A stretch of 64,000 nucleotides of DNA from Eledone cirrhosa (lineage: Eukaryota), in assembly GCA_964016885.1 (NCBI GenBank), contig OZ024743.1, forward strand, positions 63,674,001 through 63,738,000. The letters are read 5' to 3'. Below, piece after piece: positions 23,331-36,840 of the stretch (position 1 is the first letter of the stretch; every line of letters begins with the position of its first letter). Under the pieces are notes generated by a model. The model saw only the letters and a program-made list of their open reading frames with translations, was not told where the DNA came from and did not search any database. A program made the position numbers and the translations under genes.

Positions 23331-23518
23331 GATGGATTTACTAACAACCCCAGATCGGATTTAAAGGGGGCGATTAGTCTTACAGGCAATTCAGTTCGAA
23401 AATTATTTTTGTGATCTTTTAGATTTATCCTCGGAATTCATGGGAAGAAGGGTTCAGTCTTTTTCTCGATACCAAGTTTGCATTGCTTTATTGTTCTACA
23501 ATAAAACTCACCTCCTAC

Positions 23519-23905
<387 letters not shown>

Positions 23906-24228
23906 GTGTTTGTGTTAGCATGAGCATATCATAAAGAAAAAGCAGGACTAGTTAGTATATGCATATATCTATATATACACACATACATATATATATGTGT
24001 GTGTGTGTTTGTGTGTGTGTGTATGATTATATATCTTGATGGTGGAGAGATAAATGTGCATAAATATATAGAAACATATATTTACATGTGTTCACTCATA
24101 AAAACACAGGCACATATATATCATCATTTTACAGTTACTTTTCATGAAGGCAAGCGTTGTATATAAATATATACATACATCATCCATACATGTATATATA
24201 GATACACATAAATGTACACACACGTATA

Positions 24229-25092
24229 CGAGGTGTATCAGAATAGAAACAGGACTGGGGTCACAAAAGAATATTTCAAATCCAAACTACAAACTAAATT
24301 TTCTTCTTCGAAATAATCACCCTTGAGTCTAACACACTTTCCCATCCTTCCCCACCACGCCTTTATGCATTCATGGAAGGATTCTCTCAGGATTGTCTGC
24401 AGCTCTGTTGTGACGGCCATCTTGATGGCTTCCATATCTGGAAAACTGGTCCCCCTGATGACTCTCTTGAGCTTGGGGAAAAGGAAAATGTCTGGTTTGG
24501 TTTCAAGATGCTAGAGGATGTCCTGACACACCTGCATGTGCCGCTGCTTCAAGTTGTCATCCAGCAGCTTTGGCACTATCTTTGCGCAGATCTTTTGCAA
24601 GCCTAATGCTTCAGAGATAATCTTCCAGATGCTGTCACGATTCATGCTCATCTCAATTGCGATCAGTTGAACAGTCAGCCGATGATCACCACACACCACC
24701 TGCCTCCCTTCTGCTCATTGAAGGCCTTCTGCTCCTGGCATCATCTTCCACATCCTTGCATCCCTCTTTGAACCTTTTGTGTCACTCGAAAACCCATGAG
24801 CATGACATCGTCTCATCTCCATACACTTGCTGCAGTATTCCAAATGTTTCTGACGGAGTTTTCCCCAGCCAGATCAGAAACTACAGATTGGTTCATTGCT
24901 CTCTGCCCATCACTCGGCAGCCTAAACTTGGGGAGCTATTAACAGAAGCACATGAAAGAAAATAACTGCAGAGAGCTGATATCGCAGCTATTTTCTTCCC
25001 AGATATATATATGCAATGACACAACCCATTAATACCTACCCCATCATAGCTCACACAGCCCACTAAGTCCTGTTACTTTTTGACACACCTCA
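24229..25092 (-). mobile_element. Internally deleted mariner transposon with both TIRs
   Basis: TIRs cgaggtgtatcagaatagaaacaggact / agtcctgttactttttgacacacctca with TA on both sides. Fragments GKTPSETF, DHRLTV, ICAKIVPKLL and CVRLKGDYFE. Catalytic core absent. Confidence 0.9.
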
Positions 25093-25101
25093 TACATATT
25101 C

Positions 25102-25132
<31 letters not shown>

Positions 25133-25183
25133 AGCTGGCCCGTCCGGCTGGCGTTCGGCTACCATTGGTGTGTTCTACGGCAT

Positions 25184-25256
<73 letters not shown>

Positions 25257-26139
25257 TGACGTACCTAGCTTCGCTTGGTTAAACAGACAATAAGCCGTCT
25301 GTGTAGTATAGTATTATTGTTGAAAATATGTACATGAATATATAATTATATATATATATATATATATATATAATTATTTAAAGTTGGTTAGAAGCGAAAT
25401 CAATGCAGACAGGCAGACATACAGACAGATATTATAAGGGCGCGACGTTATAGCTATATATTTATCTAAAAAGACAGAGTAAGAAAGAGAGAGGAATGCC
25501 GTATTATATATATTATATATAATAAAGTACCAGTAATGTACTTGGATAATTGCTGTGCTTGTGCCAAAAGTAGAAGCAATTATACTTCTTTTTTATACAA
25601 CTGTAAATAACATGTTTATGTATGTATATATGCGTATAAAGGAATGCTGTAATAAAATGTACAAATGAAACTGTCTCTTATTTATGATACCAACACTATA
25701 TATATATACTGTATATACACTATCTATATTATAAAGCTGACGGCTGTATGTATGTATGTAACAAACTTTTCGCCAAACAGCTGGACCAAACAGCACTAAA
25801 TTTGCACCATAGATGTAACTTTTTCCAAGTAAGAAAGTGAGGGTATTTTTGTCTACTAAATTTGGTTAAAAGATTAAAGATATTTTATTGTTTATTTAAA
25901 TATTCACTTCTTTAAAATTTTCAAATGTCAACACTTCCGGTTATTTGAGTGTGGGCAACATTATATTTAGATTAGGTAACAAGGATGCAGGGGAGGAGGT
26001 GACTAAGAGGAAGACAGTAGCATATTATTAGCTGGGAGCCTAAATATCCATCTAACATGGCCTCTAGACAATGATCATTTCCATACATGTAACATCTTGC
26101 TTGTAATCCAGCAAATCCCCAAATAACTCAATCCTGTGT

Positions 26140-26460
26140 TATCTCCTCTGTGAGGGCCACAATGTTGTCCCATGTTTTCCTAAGTCTGCCTCTTCTGCAG
26201 TTTCCATCAACTTTGAATACCCAGCACCTCTTTATACAGCTGTCATCTTCTATATTTATCACATGTCCATACCACAGCAACCTACTCTCTGCATCTGATC
26301 ACTCTTATGCTCAGCTTTTCTCATTGATTCTTTACTGTTCATGTACACTATTATTATTACACATCCATTGGAACATGCTCACTCATTTCTTTCCAATTTT
26401 CGCAAATCTCCTGCATTCAAGGTTCAAGTCTTACTTCCATGCAATATCGCAGTTTGCACA
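26140..26460 (-). mobile_element. Decayed RTE 3' ORF fragment
   Basis: ILHGSKT, LWYGHV and GRLRKTW-like motifs. Confidence 0.7.
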
Positions 26461-27124
26461 TACTCTTGGGTCTCGAATAATCATCCCCTCCCTTCCGGCT
26501 TATTAATTTTTTTATCTTTTCTAACCCCACTGGTTATTAAATTTTGCTAATCTATCTCCAGCGAAATTTTATTTTAATTGGTAGTATTCCTGTGACAATT
26601 AATTTTCTTTATACATTACAAAACATTATTCATGACAAAAAAGTACATTACTAGAAATCCCATACATTATAAAATAAATAGGATGGGTTGGGGTAAACTA
26701 AACAACTAATTCTGGTTTTTTAAAAAAAATCAATGGAGACAACCTAGAAAAAATACTGATTTTTCAAACCTCCTGCTTATTTCTACACCCCACTATTCCA
26801 ACCCCTCCTATTATTTGGGACCTGAGAGTAGGCATCATACAATTTGCCTTTTATTCTGAATATTTTCTGTCCTCATGTTTAAACTGTGTAAGATAGGAGT
26901 CCTACTATATTCTAGATTGCATTCAGGAAAAATAAAATGTTATCCAACTGATTGACATAACTTCACTTAACTCAGTAGCATGTTATAACTACTTGTCTAT
27001 CAATGTACTTATTTTTTTCCCTGCAGCATTTGACCACAGAATTTAAAGAGCCAAAATAAATACTTCAAAACATTTTCTCTAAACCCTCATGCTTCTTCCA
27101 ATCTGCTGCTCTGTTGTTATGTAA

Positions 27125-28290
27125 TAATGGTTTCTGATTTAAGCACAAGGCCAGCAATTTGGGGGAAGAGGCAAATCGATTAAATCAATTCCAGTGCATT
27201 ACTGGTACTTTATTTTATCAACCCCAGTAAGGATGAAAGGCAAAGCTACCCTTGATGGGATTGGAACTCAGAACATAAAGGTCTTTAACTCTATGCCACA
27301 GAGCAGGATGTCCAATGCTCTACTGATACTGCCATACGGTTTAAATTTAGGCACAAATTATTTAGGGGTAGGGTGTCATTTATATTGGAACCAGTATTTC
27401 ACTGGTACTTTGTTTTATTTTATCGATTTCTGAAAGATTAAAGGGAAACTTGACCTTAGCAGGATTTGAACGGAAAATGTAACAGGCCGTAAAAAAATAC
27501 TGCAAAGAATTCTCCAGACACTCTAATGACTCTACTAATCCAAGGAACAAGGCCAGCAATTTGAGGAAAAGAATAAAGTTGATTAAATTGACCCCAGTAC
27601 TTGACTGGTACTTTATTTTATAGAATTCTGGGAGAATGAAAGCCAAAGGTGGCCTTGACAAGATTTGAACACAGAACATAATGAGCTGAAACAAATTCAC
27701 AAAGTATTTTACTTTAATGATTCTGTCAATTCAATGCCCATGGTTATGGTGTAATAGTGATTTCATATTTAGGCACATGACCAACCAAAGTTGATTAAAT
27801 CACCTCTAGTTCATTACTGGTACTTTATTTTATCGACCCCGTAAGGATGAAAGGTGAAGCTAACCTTGGTTGGATTTGAACTCAGAATGTAAAGAGTCGT
27901 AACTATATGCCACTAAGCATATTGTCCAGCCCTCTACTGATACTGCCAATCCACTGCCCTAACCTAAATGATGGTTTCTGATTTAGGCACAAAGTCAACA
28001 ATTTGTGAGGAGGGAAAGTTGATTAAAACAACCCCAGAATGTGATTGGTGCTTTATTTTATTGAATCCTGGAAGGATGAAAGACAAAGTTGACCTTGGCA
28101 GATTTGAACAAAGAATGTAAAGAGCTGAAACAAATACTGCAAAGCATTTTACTCTAATGATTCTGCCAATTTACTGCCCTTGGTTGTTGTGTAATAATTG
28201 TTTCTACTTTTGGCACAAGGCCAGCAATTATCCCAGTGTATTACTGGTACTTTATTTTATCGATGAAAGGCAAAGTTAACCTCGGCAGGA
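27125..28290 (-). mobile_element. Cluster of ~5 head-to-tail Meta-domain SINE copies
   Basis: Repeated ctggtactttattttatcgaccccgtaaggatgaaaggcaaag...atttgaactcagaa blocks at ~27200, 27410, 27605, 27815, 28045 and 28243. Confidence 0.8.
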
Positions 28291-28530
28291 TTGTGTAATA
28301 ATAAAAACAAGTATGTATGAGCATCACTGTCTTTGGACTGAAAATTTGTAGTTTAATGGAATTGGGAAAAACATAGAAATCTCCAAGACACTGCAATAAG
28401 TAGGCTACCCAATACTACAATCAGATCAAATATACTTGCCAAAACTTTTATCTGCTAACTGGGAATCTTGCCAATGTCTTTGCTTAAGATGTTTTGGTGA
28501 TTGCTTTTTTTTGATCATCTTGATTCTACC

Positions 28531-28532
<2 letters not shown>

Positions 28533-28567
<35 letters not shown>

Positions 28568-28618
28568 TGTGTGTGAGAGGGAGAGTGTGTGTGTGAGAGA
28601 GTGAGTGTATATGAGAGA

Positions 28619-28676
<58 letters not shown>

Positions 28677-28752
28677 GAGTGTATGTGAGTGTATGTGTGT
28701 GTATATATGTGTGTGTGTGTGTGAGAGAGATAGAGAATGTGTGTGTGTGTGT
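28533..28752. repeat. (GT)n/(GA)n compound microsatellite
   Basis: Direct reading. Confidence 0.95.
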
Positions 28753-29464
28753 ATGATTGGTTTTGTGAAAGTTAACACCTTACAAAATAAAATAAAACAA
28801 AACAAAAATATGTAAGCACAGCTACCTAAATTAATTATCATCCTCATAACCATTATTGTCATCATCATCATTTTATGTCTGTTTTCTATGCTAGCATGGG
28901 TTTGACGAATCACCACAGTCTAAGACTAAACAGGTTGAGAAAGCATGACTTACTCATACATTTCGTATTCTGGCATGGAGATTTTCATATGTAGTTTTTC
29001 CTATATGAACAAAAGTAAACACTGAATTATATTACATTGTGGTACTCTTACTCAGAACAAAAAGGGCTTAGTCATCGACAATTATGTTTCTTGGTTATAG
29101 TTACAATAGTAGAATATGAACTGGCTGCCTTATGCTAGGTTGTCTATTGTCCAATTGAGTTAGCTTTTTATCTATGTCTTCCATAATCTTTTAACTCTTA
29201 ACGTCCTGTACTGCATGAAACCACATTAGCAAGTCATTTATATTGGACTCAGTATTTCACTGGTACTTTGTTTTATTTTATCGATTTCTGAAAGATTTCT
29301 TTAGTTTACTGCAAATTTTCACAACAATCTGTTTGCTAGTAAAGATACTGTAAACATTTGAATTAACAAACCCAATTTTAGATATTTTCTTTGAAGCCAT
29401 TACTGGATTTTAAGAGTTGATACTGAAAATTTTCACAACAATCTGTCTATTAGTAAAGATACTA

Positions 29465-30109
29465 TCTATATATTATTAAAAGTCTGTGATTGCTTGCTTG
29501 CTTGCTTGTCTGTAATGTATACAGCCAAAAGGGTGTATAATGGGAAAATACTTTGAAAGGAAGTTGCCCCTGAAATGGAAATACAAATGGAATAAAATGA
29601 GTTTCGCATAAATCGGACCACGGGTTCCTGAGATATGGGGTTTATCCGAATACCTTCATAAACAGAGAGAGAGAGAGAGAAAGATAGAGAGGAAGAGATA
29701 GTGGTTGTGACAGAGTAGATTGAAAGAGAGGCATAGAGAGAGGGAGAGGAAACAGAGAAGGAGGATGGAAGAGAGAGAGCTGGTGTTGTTGTTGTGTATA
29801 TATATATATGTAAGTGTGTGTGTACATATATATGTGTGTATATATTATGTGTGTGTGTGTCTATGACCAGTGTATATAGATCACGGACACCCACATATAT
29901 ATACACACACATACATATATATATATGTATACACACATTTATATATATATACATACACACACGTATATAAATATATGCCTTCAAGTTTCATTTCACATTA
30001 AATACATGTCTGTGTATATTTTAATTATTTAAAAATTATTTTTAAGTGAACATGATTTTTTAAAAATATTTTGAAGTGAACGTGATCCAACGGGTCACGG
30101 GTGGTCTAG
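29465..30109 (+). mobile_element. Non-autonomous Helitron-type element
   Basis: 5' TC, 3' hairpin cgtgatcc-aac-gggtcacg then CTAG. Inserted between A and T with no TSD. Internal (TGCT)n and dinucleotide repeats. Empty site visible in the neighbouring tandem unit. Confidence 0.85.
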
Positions 30110-30939
30110 TAAACATTAAAATTAACAAACCCATTTTTAGATATTTCCTGATAAACCATTACAGGATATTAGGAGTTATTACAAAGTTGAAATAGAAGTT
30201 ACATCATTGAAATTTTTCAAAAATATTTCATAATTTCAAAACATTCTTTGCTTTTAGATTGCAATTTTTATCTTATCATTTTCTCTTCAAATCCCTGCAG
30301 ATGAAAAATATTTTCCCAAAGTATTGACATAAAAAAAAAGATTAGAACAAATTCTTTTCCTTAAATTGGACATTTTGGACATTTTGTAGAATTTTATAAG
30401 AAAAAAAAATTTAAATAGTAATGAAAAAATGTCAAATAAAGCAATACAGATGGGAAAAAAAAGAAATTTTATTTTAAAAATTCCCCTCTGTCATATTACC
30501 TTCCAATTATGGTATGTAGAAAATGAATTGAGACTTGGCTTCCATCCAGCATAAATTCACCAAAGATGAAGGAATCTCCTGATCTTCTTGCAAGTGTCAG
30601 TTGTCAGCTCTATGGTAATAATGACAGCTGATACTACAATAACATAGAAGGCACAGTGAATGCAATCTTTTACCAGAGAAAAAATAACTTAAAATTTTAC
30701 TACAAGACAATTTTACAAATAAATAATTTCTATCATCATCATTTTACATCGTTTTTCCATGTTTGCATGGGTTGCCACTTATTAAAGTCCCTTGCTAAAG
30801 TGGACTGGGTCTTAAAATTGGACCAGGCATCTAGCCAACAATGGATAGCTGAATGTTGACTGCCGAGAGCCATAGGTGGGCTTTTTACTGCTCAGATAAA
30901 GTATGTACCATTTCCATTTCTATCTTTGTGCAGCAGGTT

Positions 30940-31340
30940 ATGAATTCAGTTTTTCAAGACATTTTTTCAGCATTTTTGTTACCCAGCCTAGTGGCTCACC
31001 AGGTATTACCCAAATTGCCTGTATATGGCTACTCTACCGCTGGCTTCTTGTCATCTCCTGGCTAAGGTTCAACCTCTTGAGATTAGCCTTCTTTGTCTGC
31101 AAGTTCCTCCTATTTGGATCGCTTGGCACTTCTTTATGCAACAGTCAGCCTCTATACACTATATGTCTGAACTAGCATAATCTTCTCTTACACAATACTG
31201 TCAATTCTTCAAATATCATATTTTTTTCTTGGATCATTTGCACTGTATCATATATTCATTCTAACATTATACGTTCAGCACAACATACCTACCTCATTTC
31301 TTTCCAGTATTTGAACATCTTTTTTATTTAACACCCATGT
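30940..31340 (-). mobile_element. Old RTE 3' ORF fragment
   Basis: YGGETWVL...LERNEVGML-like translation with many stops. Confidence 0.55.
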
Positions 31341-32501
31341 TTCTCCTCCATATATAAACATTTTAAGTAACATTTTTTTGACAAGGTGGTCATGCTGGTG
31401 ACATGACAAAAAGCACCTGGTTCACACGGTAAGGTAGTCATGCCGGTGATATGATGAAAAAGTACCCAGTCCAACCTGTCAGATGGTCATTTTGGTGCCT
31501 TGATAAAAAGCACCTAGTCTATGCTGTATATCTGGTTGGTGTAAGGAAGGGCATCCAGCCATAGAAACCAAACCAGAAACAGTTTTGTATGAGTCAGTCA
31601 TGGTCACCTAATCTGACTTGTTTCACAAAATGACAATTCATCTAATGGAAAAAGGATGCTAAACAGTGATGAGGAGGAGGATATATATCATCATCATCAA
31701 CGTTTTAACATCTGCTTTGCCTGCTAGCAATGGTTGGGAGTGTCCATATAGACTAAGTCAGTATTGAAACGGAACCACGGATCTCCCAGGCAGACCAAGA
31801 TACCTCTGTCTCGCTTATCTACGGTCTCATGTTTCATCAAGTGCTCAGGAGAGGTTGTCATGCCTTTAACACAACCGAGGGTCCTCCCAATCCTTTGTTT
31901 TGCAAGACTTCTACAGCTGGATGCCCTTCCTATCACCAACCACTTTACATTGTGTACTGAGGGCATTTATCGTGTAAATCACCAACACTAAGGAGGTTGT
32001 CATGTCCTTGACATGACTAGAATATAATATGACATACAGAGATACAAATCAATTAGTGTTATGAAAGGGAGAAAAGAAGTTCAACGTATCTGACTTTAGC
32101 CCTTCATCAGAAGAATACAAGTTGACAAATTAGAAAATAGAAAAAGGGGGATATGTGAGTGTATGTGTGTTGTTTTTAATTTTTTGTGTGTATCACCGTT
32201 TATATAGGTGGGAAAGTTGATACATTCTTCATGATGATGTCTCAGTGCATCTGGCTGTATTATATATATATATATAATATACGATCTGAGTTCAAATCCC
32301 GCCGAGGTTGACTTTGCCTTTCATCCTTACGGGGTCGATAAAATAAAGTACCAGTAATGCACTGGGTAATTGCTGGCCTTGTGCCTAAAGTAGAAACAAT
32401 TATATATATATATGCAAAAGACGAACAGAAATAACAAAGAAAACAACACAGTACAATGAAGAAATGTGTTATTAGTTTTACACCTGATATAGCAGGAAAA
32501 G

Positions 32502-32545
32502 ATTCTTAACATTTCGGACACTACTCCTTCATCAGAAAATAGAAT
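32502..32545 (-). ncRNA. Degenerate minimal hammerhead (related remnants at 32080-32116 and, core deleted, 45365-45400)
   Basis: TTTT-CTGATGA-A-GGA(GTAGTG)TCC-GAAA-TG-TT-AAGA. GAAATG is probably CpG decay of GAAACG. Confidence 0.55.
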
Positions 32546-32811
32546 GAGAAATTAAAGAAGAAATAGAAAAATTAGGGGATATGAGCAATGGCAGAAGAGT
32601 AGATGGGAAAGGAAACAAGAGAGAGCAGCATAGATACTTTTATATCTTAACATATGCAGTTTTTGAATAATGCATAAGGTTTGGGGGAACCAATGGACTG
32701 TCTATGATGCAGGCCTACTGTATGTGTGTATGTAGAAGTTATTCTCATCTTCACTATCATCGTTTTTACATCCATTTTTCAATGCTTGTATGTAATGGTT
32801 GTTGCAGATGA

Positions 32812-33008
32812 AGACCTGTCAACTCACCCTGTCCAACGGGGAGATCTCCCAGCCACTTTGGGGTGGGTGAGAGATGTCTTCTCTTGTGGAAATGGGTATA
32901 GCTTTCATTATGTAAAAATCTTCTCATCTTGCCTCATTTCTACACATTTTGGGGCATTTTCTTTTTCATGGTAGTCCCCGTTTGGGTTTTTTAGAGGTTG
33001 GCAGGTCT
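32812..33008. mobile_element. Possible hAT-type MITE
   Basis: Termini agacctgtcaac / gttggcaggtct, with imperfect 8-bp flanks gcagatga / gtagatgt. Confidence 0.4.
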
Positions 33009-33377
33009 GTAGATGTTGTTGTTGCTGTTTTAACCCAAGATCAGCCATGATCAAGCAGACGTATAATCAAAGATGTTCAAGCAGTGACCAAGCAAGTCTT
33101 TTATCAGATAAGGTCTTTTTATTTCCAACAATATTATTCAATGTACTCTTTCTATCTTTATTTTAAAAGTGAGATGAGATTTGAAGAAGACTTGGCTGTT
33201 ATTTGTAGCAAGTTAAATGACCGGCCACACAGAGGCTCATTTGAATTTTTGGATGGGAGTAGTTAAAAATGGTAGGGATGAAGGCATAAAGATAAAGACT
33301 TGATATAAGTTAAGATAACTAGAAGGTAGAGGAGAAGCAAAAGTACAAAATGTATGCTACAGTTGGATTCAACATCA

Positions 33378-33888
33378 GAAGGAAGGGTGAGGAAGAAGGG
33401 AAAGAGAGAAAGAGGGAGAAAGGAGATAGAAGAAGGAAGAGAAGAGAGATAGAGGGAGAAGAGAGGTAGAGGGAGAAGGGAAAGAGAGATAGAAGGAGAA
33501 GAGAAAGAGAGATAGAGGGGAGATGGAGAGGACGGGAGAGAGAGCAAGGGTGGAAAGAGAGACAGAGGGAGAAGAGAAAGAGAAATAGGGGGCAAATGGA
33601 AAGAGAGATGAAGGGGAAAAGGAAAAGAGAGGGAAGGGGAGAAGGAAAAGAGATAGAGGGAGAATGAAAGAGAGATGAAGGGGAGAAAGGAAAGAGAAAT
33701 GAAGGGAAAAGGAGGAAAAGAGGAGAACGAGGAAGAAGGAAAAGAGAGATAGAGGGAGAAGAGAGAGAGATAGGTGAAGGGAGGAAGGAGAGGATAGGAG
33801 AGAGAGAGGAAAGGTGGAAAGAGAGATGGAGGTAGAAGGGAAAGAAGTTTACTAGGAAGGAGAAGAAAGGGTGGAAGTGGGAGGAACA
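33378..33888. repeat. ~510-bp polypurine (GA-rich) low-complexity tract
   Basis: Almost exclusively G/A on the plus strand. Confidence 0.95.
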
Positions 33889-34029
33889 TTTCTTCTTTCT
33901 TGTTCTCTATTATTTAACATAATGTTTCCTTGTTTATTCCACACCCTATCTCATCCTTCTGGAGAGAAACATTTTTACACTGATTCACTTTCTGAATTTA
34001 TACACTTTAATGAGCTCTGAAAATGTGCT

Positions 34030-34795
34030 TCTGTGTGTAACTGTGTGTATGTATGTGTGTCTGTTTGAGTGTGTGTATGTGTGTGTGTGTATTTTGTGTA
34101 TGGGATTGTGTATGTGTTTGTAAATGCATGTGTCTGTGCATGTGTCTGTGCCTGAATGTTTTGTTATGTCTCTCTGTGTTGTGTATGTATGTTTGTATAT
34201 TAGGGTTTGTGTAGGTAAGTGTGTCTGTATTTTGTGAATGCATGTGTGTATGTGTGTGTATGTGTGTTTGGGTGTGTGTGTCTATACATGTATGGGTTGG
34301 GTGTGAGTTTGTGCATGTTGAGATGTATGTTTATGTTGTGTATGTATTTGTGTGTGTTCAAATATATGTTGAGAGATAATAAATATTTGATCGATAGAAA
34401 TTTTGTTCATTTTCACTGTCAGATGTGTCTGTGCATAGCTACATAAATCACATAAATACATGTATTTATACATGTATTTATACATACACACATGTACACA
34501 CGTTTTATATATTCATATAACACAAATACACACACATACTCATATATATATATATATATATCCCATATATATACTATATAATATATATAGCATATATATA
34601 TACATATATATAATTATATACCATATATATTTGTATATATATGGTATATATAATATATATACCATATATATTTGTATATATTTATATATATATATATATA
34701 TATATATCTATATATATTATGATATATATATATATTATGTATATATAAATATACATACACACATATACACATACATTCATACACACACATACAAT
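34030..34795. repeat. Degenerate (TG)n and (TA)n low-complexity region
   Basis: Direct reading. Confidence 0.9.
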
Positions 34796-35179
34796 ACACT
34801 ATTGGCACATGTCACACCCACACAACTTTTGCAATTCATATAAGACACTAAATTTTTCAGCTAAAATGGAAACTATTTGTAGTAAACTAGTCATACATTC
34901 TTTTTAATGAAGTGAAAATATTTCTATAGCTTTGAACACAATTTCAAAAATAGTCACGTTTTCAATAAGCAAAAGAAAAAAAACAATAGTAATAATTTGA
35001 AATGTGAAATGTGTGCGTCCTAATGCAAATGACCATAATAATAGTTGATCATTATAAATAATAATTGAGAAAATCTGGTAAAGTAACCCTGGAGATGGAA
35101 AAGAGGTGACAGGGGCATCTCCACCTCCAAGTGTACTTTACTCGATTTTCTTAACAATAGTAATTGACTATTATTATAG

Positions 35180-35918
35180 ATGATCTTCTACCTGCACTTG
35201 ATAGATTTAATGCCGAGTGCTGCATGGCTGGAATAAAAATCAGTGCTGCAAAAACTGAGGCACTCGTCCTCTCAAGGAAGCCTGCGCAGTGCGCACTACA
35301 TGTGAATGGAGTTCCACTGAAGCAGGTAGAGAAGTTCAAGTATCTCAGGGTCAGGGTCATGCTCATGGAAGGCAGGAGGCTAAATTTAGTGCAAGAATTT
35401 CAAAAGCTTGTGCAGTGATGTGCCAGCTTCAGCATTCAGTGATCAAAAGAAGGGAGGTAGGTGTAAAAACCAAACTCGCTATCTTCAATGTCATTTTTCA
35501 TACCAACCCTTACCTATGGTTGCGAATCTTGGGTAATGACCGAAAGAATACGATCGTGAATACAAGTGGCCAAAATGGGGTTCCGCCGAAGGGTCTTTGG
35601 AGCAATGTAACTCAATAGAGTACGTGGCTCAGAGATCAGAGAGTCACTCCAGGTAGAGCCCTACTTCTCCGGATTGAGAGATCACAGCTCCAATACTATG
35701 GGCATGTGGTTAGAATGTCTGAGGAAGGAATCACAAAACCAATCGGCAGGAGACCCAGGAGTAAACCGCAAGCAAGATGGTTGGATAACATCCATGAGCT
35801 TGGCTGGTCTTGCTTGGGATCCAGTCACATCAGTTGCAGATGGTTGCTTCTGACAGGACCTGCTGGAGGGAGTGTTTGAAGACTCTACCCCACAATGCTA
35901 TCAAGCGAAGAAGAAGAC
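35180..35918 (+). mobile_element. RTE family B 3' half
   Basis: LDRFNAECCMAGIKISAAKTEALV...LKQVEKFKYL...LTYGCESWVMT...QYYGHVVRM, ending in gaagaagaaga. Confidence 0.85.
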
Positions 35919-36654
35919 TATTATTATGGTCATTTGTACTGAGATGCATTAGACATTTTCCCAGTGTTTCTTAGGTCAACCACTTTGTTTATAATATTAA
36001 CAATTTCTTTATTTGCCAGAAGGAGACATTATAAATCTAATAACATTAACCCTTTTTTTTCATATTTTAAACAAAATACATTTTATTTCAATTAATTAAT
36101 AAAGAACTTTGAGGGATTTATTAAAATTTTTAATTATTTTTAAGATATTAACTTAACATAGTCTTCTTAATATCCTGAGAGATTATTATTTAAATAGGAA
36201 CCCTTTAAAATATGTGATTTTGTTTCATAGAACCAGAGTTGGTTTTGGCTGGGTTGGTATCAAAAGGGCTTTATAATGGAAAACTTTCCATTTCAGTTAA
36301 ATTATGAAGACTTTTGAGGGATTTATTAAAATTATGAAATATTTCATGATTAAGATAGTAACTGAACAAATGGTTCTGATATACAATTATGTTGGAACAT
36401 TTTTATATAAATACAAACCCTTTAAAATAGGTGGTTTTCTTTCATAAAACCTGAGACAGTTTTCGCTGGGTTGGCAAAAAAAAGTTAATGTTGATAACAT
36501 CCATGCAATATTAGGCACAAGGCCAGCAATTTGGAGAGGGAGGGATGAATCAATTATATCAACCCCAGTGTTTAACTGGAACTTTATTTTCAACCACAGG
36601 AAGGTTGAAAGGTAAAGTTGAACTTGGCAGAATTTGAACTCAGAAAGGCATTAA

Positions 36655-36840
36655 TAATAATTGTTTCTACTTTTGGCACAAGGCCAGCAATTACCCAGTG
36701 TATTACTGGTACTTTATTTTATCGACCCCGTAAGGATGAAAGGCAAAGTTAACCTTGGCGGGATTTGAACTCAGAATGGCAAGGGCCGTAACTCTATGCA
36801 TCAAAGCATGGCGTCCAACCCTCTACTGATACTGTCAATC
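36655..36840 (-). mobile_element. Meta-domain tRNA SINE
   Basis: Reverse complement of 46337-46530. Further partial copies at ~32285-32402(+), 36510-36645(-), 37230-37420(-), 38940-39110(+), 40260-40350(+), 40890-41030(-) and 41275-41430(-). Confidence 0.85.

Larger units (their letters stand above)
20828..23515 (-). mobile_element. Penelope-like element (Naiad-type), 5'-truncated, with 3' pseudo-LTR (20828-21281 plus partial direct repeat 21282-21337), embedded in (TA)n
   Basis: 603-aa ORF with RT and GIY-YIG. Frameshifted upstream sequence [19 protein letters not shown]. Hammerhead in the pLTR. TA tracts at both ends. Confidence 0.93.

Noticed and set aside
30500-30633. Minus-strand candidate exon (ttgtag...AAG/gtaata)
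   Set aside because: Stops in all three frames and no recognisable protein. It could be non-coding but is unsupported without RNA data.
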